DNA of 64,000 bases from Oculina patagonica. Its lineage: Eukaryota. The position numbers and the translations under genes were made by a program. The DNA lies in assembly GCF_052425735.1 (NCBI RefSeq), contig NC_135760.1, positions 26,722,001-26,786,000 on the forward strand. Direction: 5' to 3'. Of this stretch, positions 62,450 through 64,000 are shown one piece after another. The notes beneath the pieces were generated by a model, which did no database searches, was not told the DNA's origin, and worked only from the letters and a program-made list of their open reading frames with translations. Each line of letters begins with the position of its first letter. The stretch's first letter is position 1.

Positions 62450-63682
62450 GAAACTCTAAAGGATTGCAGTCCAAAACCTACAATGTTGTGCACTTGGAAG
62501 ACAAAAATCAAGAAAATTTACCGCTTAAGAGCTGCGCGCGTGCAACTGTTTTCTATCGGCGAATAGAAATCAGTGGGAGAACCAATCAGATTCGCGGATT
62601 TCCAATAGAACACAGCTGAGTTTCTACTAAATGTTATTATTTTTCCACTATACATAATTTTACCAAATGTGCAGTCAAAAGTTTTAAAGAGAAGTATGGG
62701 GCTTAACTGGAATTTCCAAAAAGGAGGTGGATTCAAACCAAAAACCTATGGGAGGGGTATGGATTTTTCTGGTACAACACAATAAGTAAAGTGTCTATGA
62801 TCTATAACAGAGTAAACAAAGGTTTCATTTCTTAAATAAAAAAATATATAAAATTAATATAATATATAGCTCCATACCTCAACTGCTATAAGTGCAATAA
62901 TTCCCCATTCCAGTCTAAAGGAATGTTTCTCACTGAGGTGTGTCCTTAATAACTCCACCATCTCAGAACAGTGATTTAATTTCTCATTCATCACCTTGTA
63001 AAGAAAAGTGAAACAATGAAGGTGTTATATATGGTGAAGTCACTGCAAATAAATATTGTAAGGTCCAATTTTAAGTCTGGCTTGTGTCATTGGGTTGTGT
63101 TGTTGGGCAAGATACTTTACTTTCATAATGGCTATCTCCACATAAAAACACATTGTTTGGGTACCTGCAGACAAAATCCTAGGGAAGGGGGAACCTGCAA
63201 TGGTCTAGCATCCCATACAAAGGGAGTAGCAAATTCAGGGATGTAGCTAAGAAAACACTAAGCCAGCTCATCAACAAGCCCAACTGGCTTTTCTGGCCTT
63301 GTCAGCTCTAGAAGTTTACCTAAGTCTGATCTTTGTGTTCATGTGAAATTTCAGCCGGATTTGCATTTTGTAAGTTCCCTTTCAGCCTGAGTGCAACTAG
63401 CCAGCAGCTGGCCCTTAACAACATACCTGAGTAATACAAGCAATCTAACCACTTGATTCTAAAAGCCCTATGTTTTCAACATTTGGTGAAATGCTTTTTA
63501 ATTTTAACATCTGCACTATTTCTAAGATTACTTTATGTGACTGAGGAGTAAAATTGTTTACCCTTGTCCTTTTGTGAATGTCCAGGTAAAAACAGGTTTT
63601 ATCATACAAGTTTTCCAGGTTTTCCCGATCCCAATAAAAATCTGGGGTCATCAGAAGGTCAGAGGACAAATTGATCTTGTAC
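62209..63682 (-). CDS. RMND1: Required for meiotic nuclear division 1 homolog, last three exons (63682-63562, 62994-62878, 62259-62209); 5' exons lie beyond the window
   Basis: [31 protein letters not shown]...|[39 protein letters not shown]|[16 protein letters not shown] matches the conserved RMND1/DUF155 C-terminus; GT-AG junctions keep frame. Confidence 0.95.
62340..62443. repeat. ~100-bp imperfect palindromic repeat (related hairpin at ~24509-24624)
   Basis: aacaattagactac...ctatgagc...tagtcaac / gttgacta...gctcatag...gtagtctaattgtt. Confidence 0.75.
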
Positions 63683-64000
63683 CTGAAATCAGAAAAAGTG
63701 AGTCTCATCAGCATGTACAACACAATCATGTTAATGTAAAAAAGAAAAGCCTTTTGACCCAAGTAGCTTGCAGCTCTCTTAAAGTGTAGACTACGCTTAG
63801 CTTAACTCTAAATCTGTAGCACGAAGCAGCTAGAAGTATTGCTAGCAACACATCACTGGTCACTACACCTGCACAACGGAGAACATGGTATACTGTTTAA
63901 CATGTGAGAAATGTCCATCGACTGTGTATAATGGGGAGACCGGGTGCAGGATGGCAGACCTTTTTAGGGAACACCGCAGGGATAAGAAGGTCGCTGTACT

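Noticed and set aside
63574-63789. Plus-strand exon-like ORF
   Set aside because: It is the antisense of a clear RMND1 exon.

Overview
AT-rich, intron-rich animal genomic DNA. The repeat landscape and gene style suggest a cnidarian, probably a stony coral (inference). One assembly gap (5937-6334). Recognisable genes: the 5' exons of METTL16 (-), an intronless heat-inducible hsp70 with an HSE/TATA promoter (+), TXNDC17/TRP14 (-, 4 exons) and the 3' exons of RMND1 (-). The main finding is a cluster of three paralogous 5-exon genes (3461-8905 +, 11902-18668 -, 36223-42769 -) with identical intron phases (1,2,0,0). They encode ~615-650 aa type II membrane proteins that I cannot assign to a named family: signal-anchor TM, conserved beta-rich domain, N-glycosylated low-complexity linker, proprotein-convertase site, then a divergent ~240-aa beta-strand domain ending in a hypervariable Trp-rich hairpin. 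The two minus-strand copies share duplicated upstream modules with a FOX:ETS-type motif. Between them lie a LINE remnant, an intact spliced C14orf93-like (probably transposon-derived) gene and hsp70. An unidentified multi-exon gene is head-to-head with TXNDC17. Introns and intergenic DNA are full of MITEs, tRNA-SINEs, a 1.5-kb foldback element with a 10-bp TSD, a Penelope fragment and minimal hammerhead-ribozyme motifs. Exon models were built by eye from splice signals and reading frame; no database searches were run.
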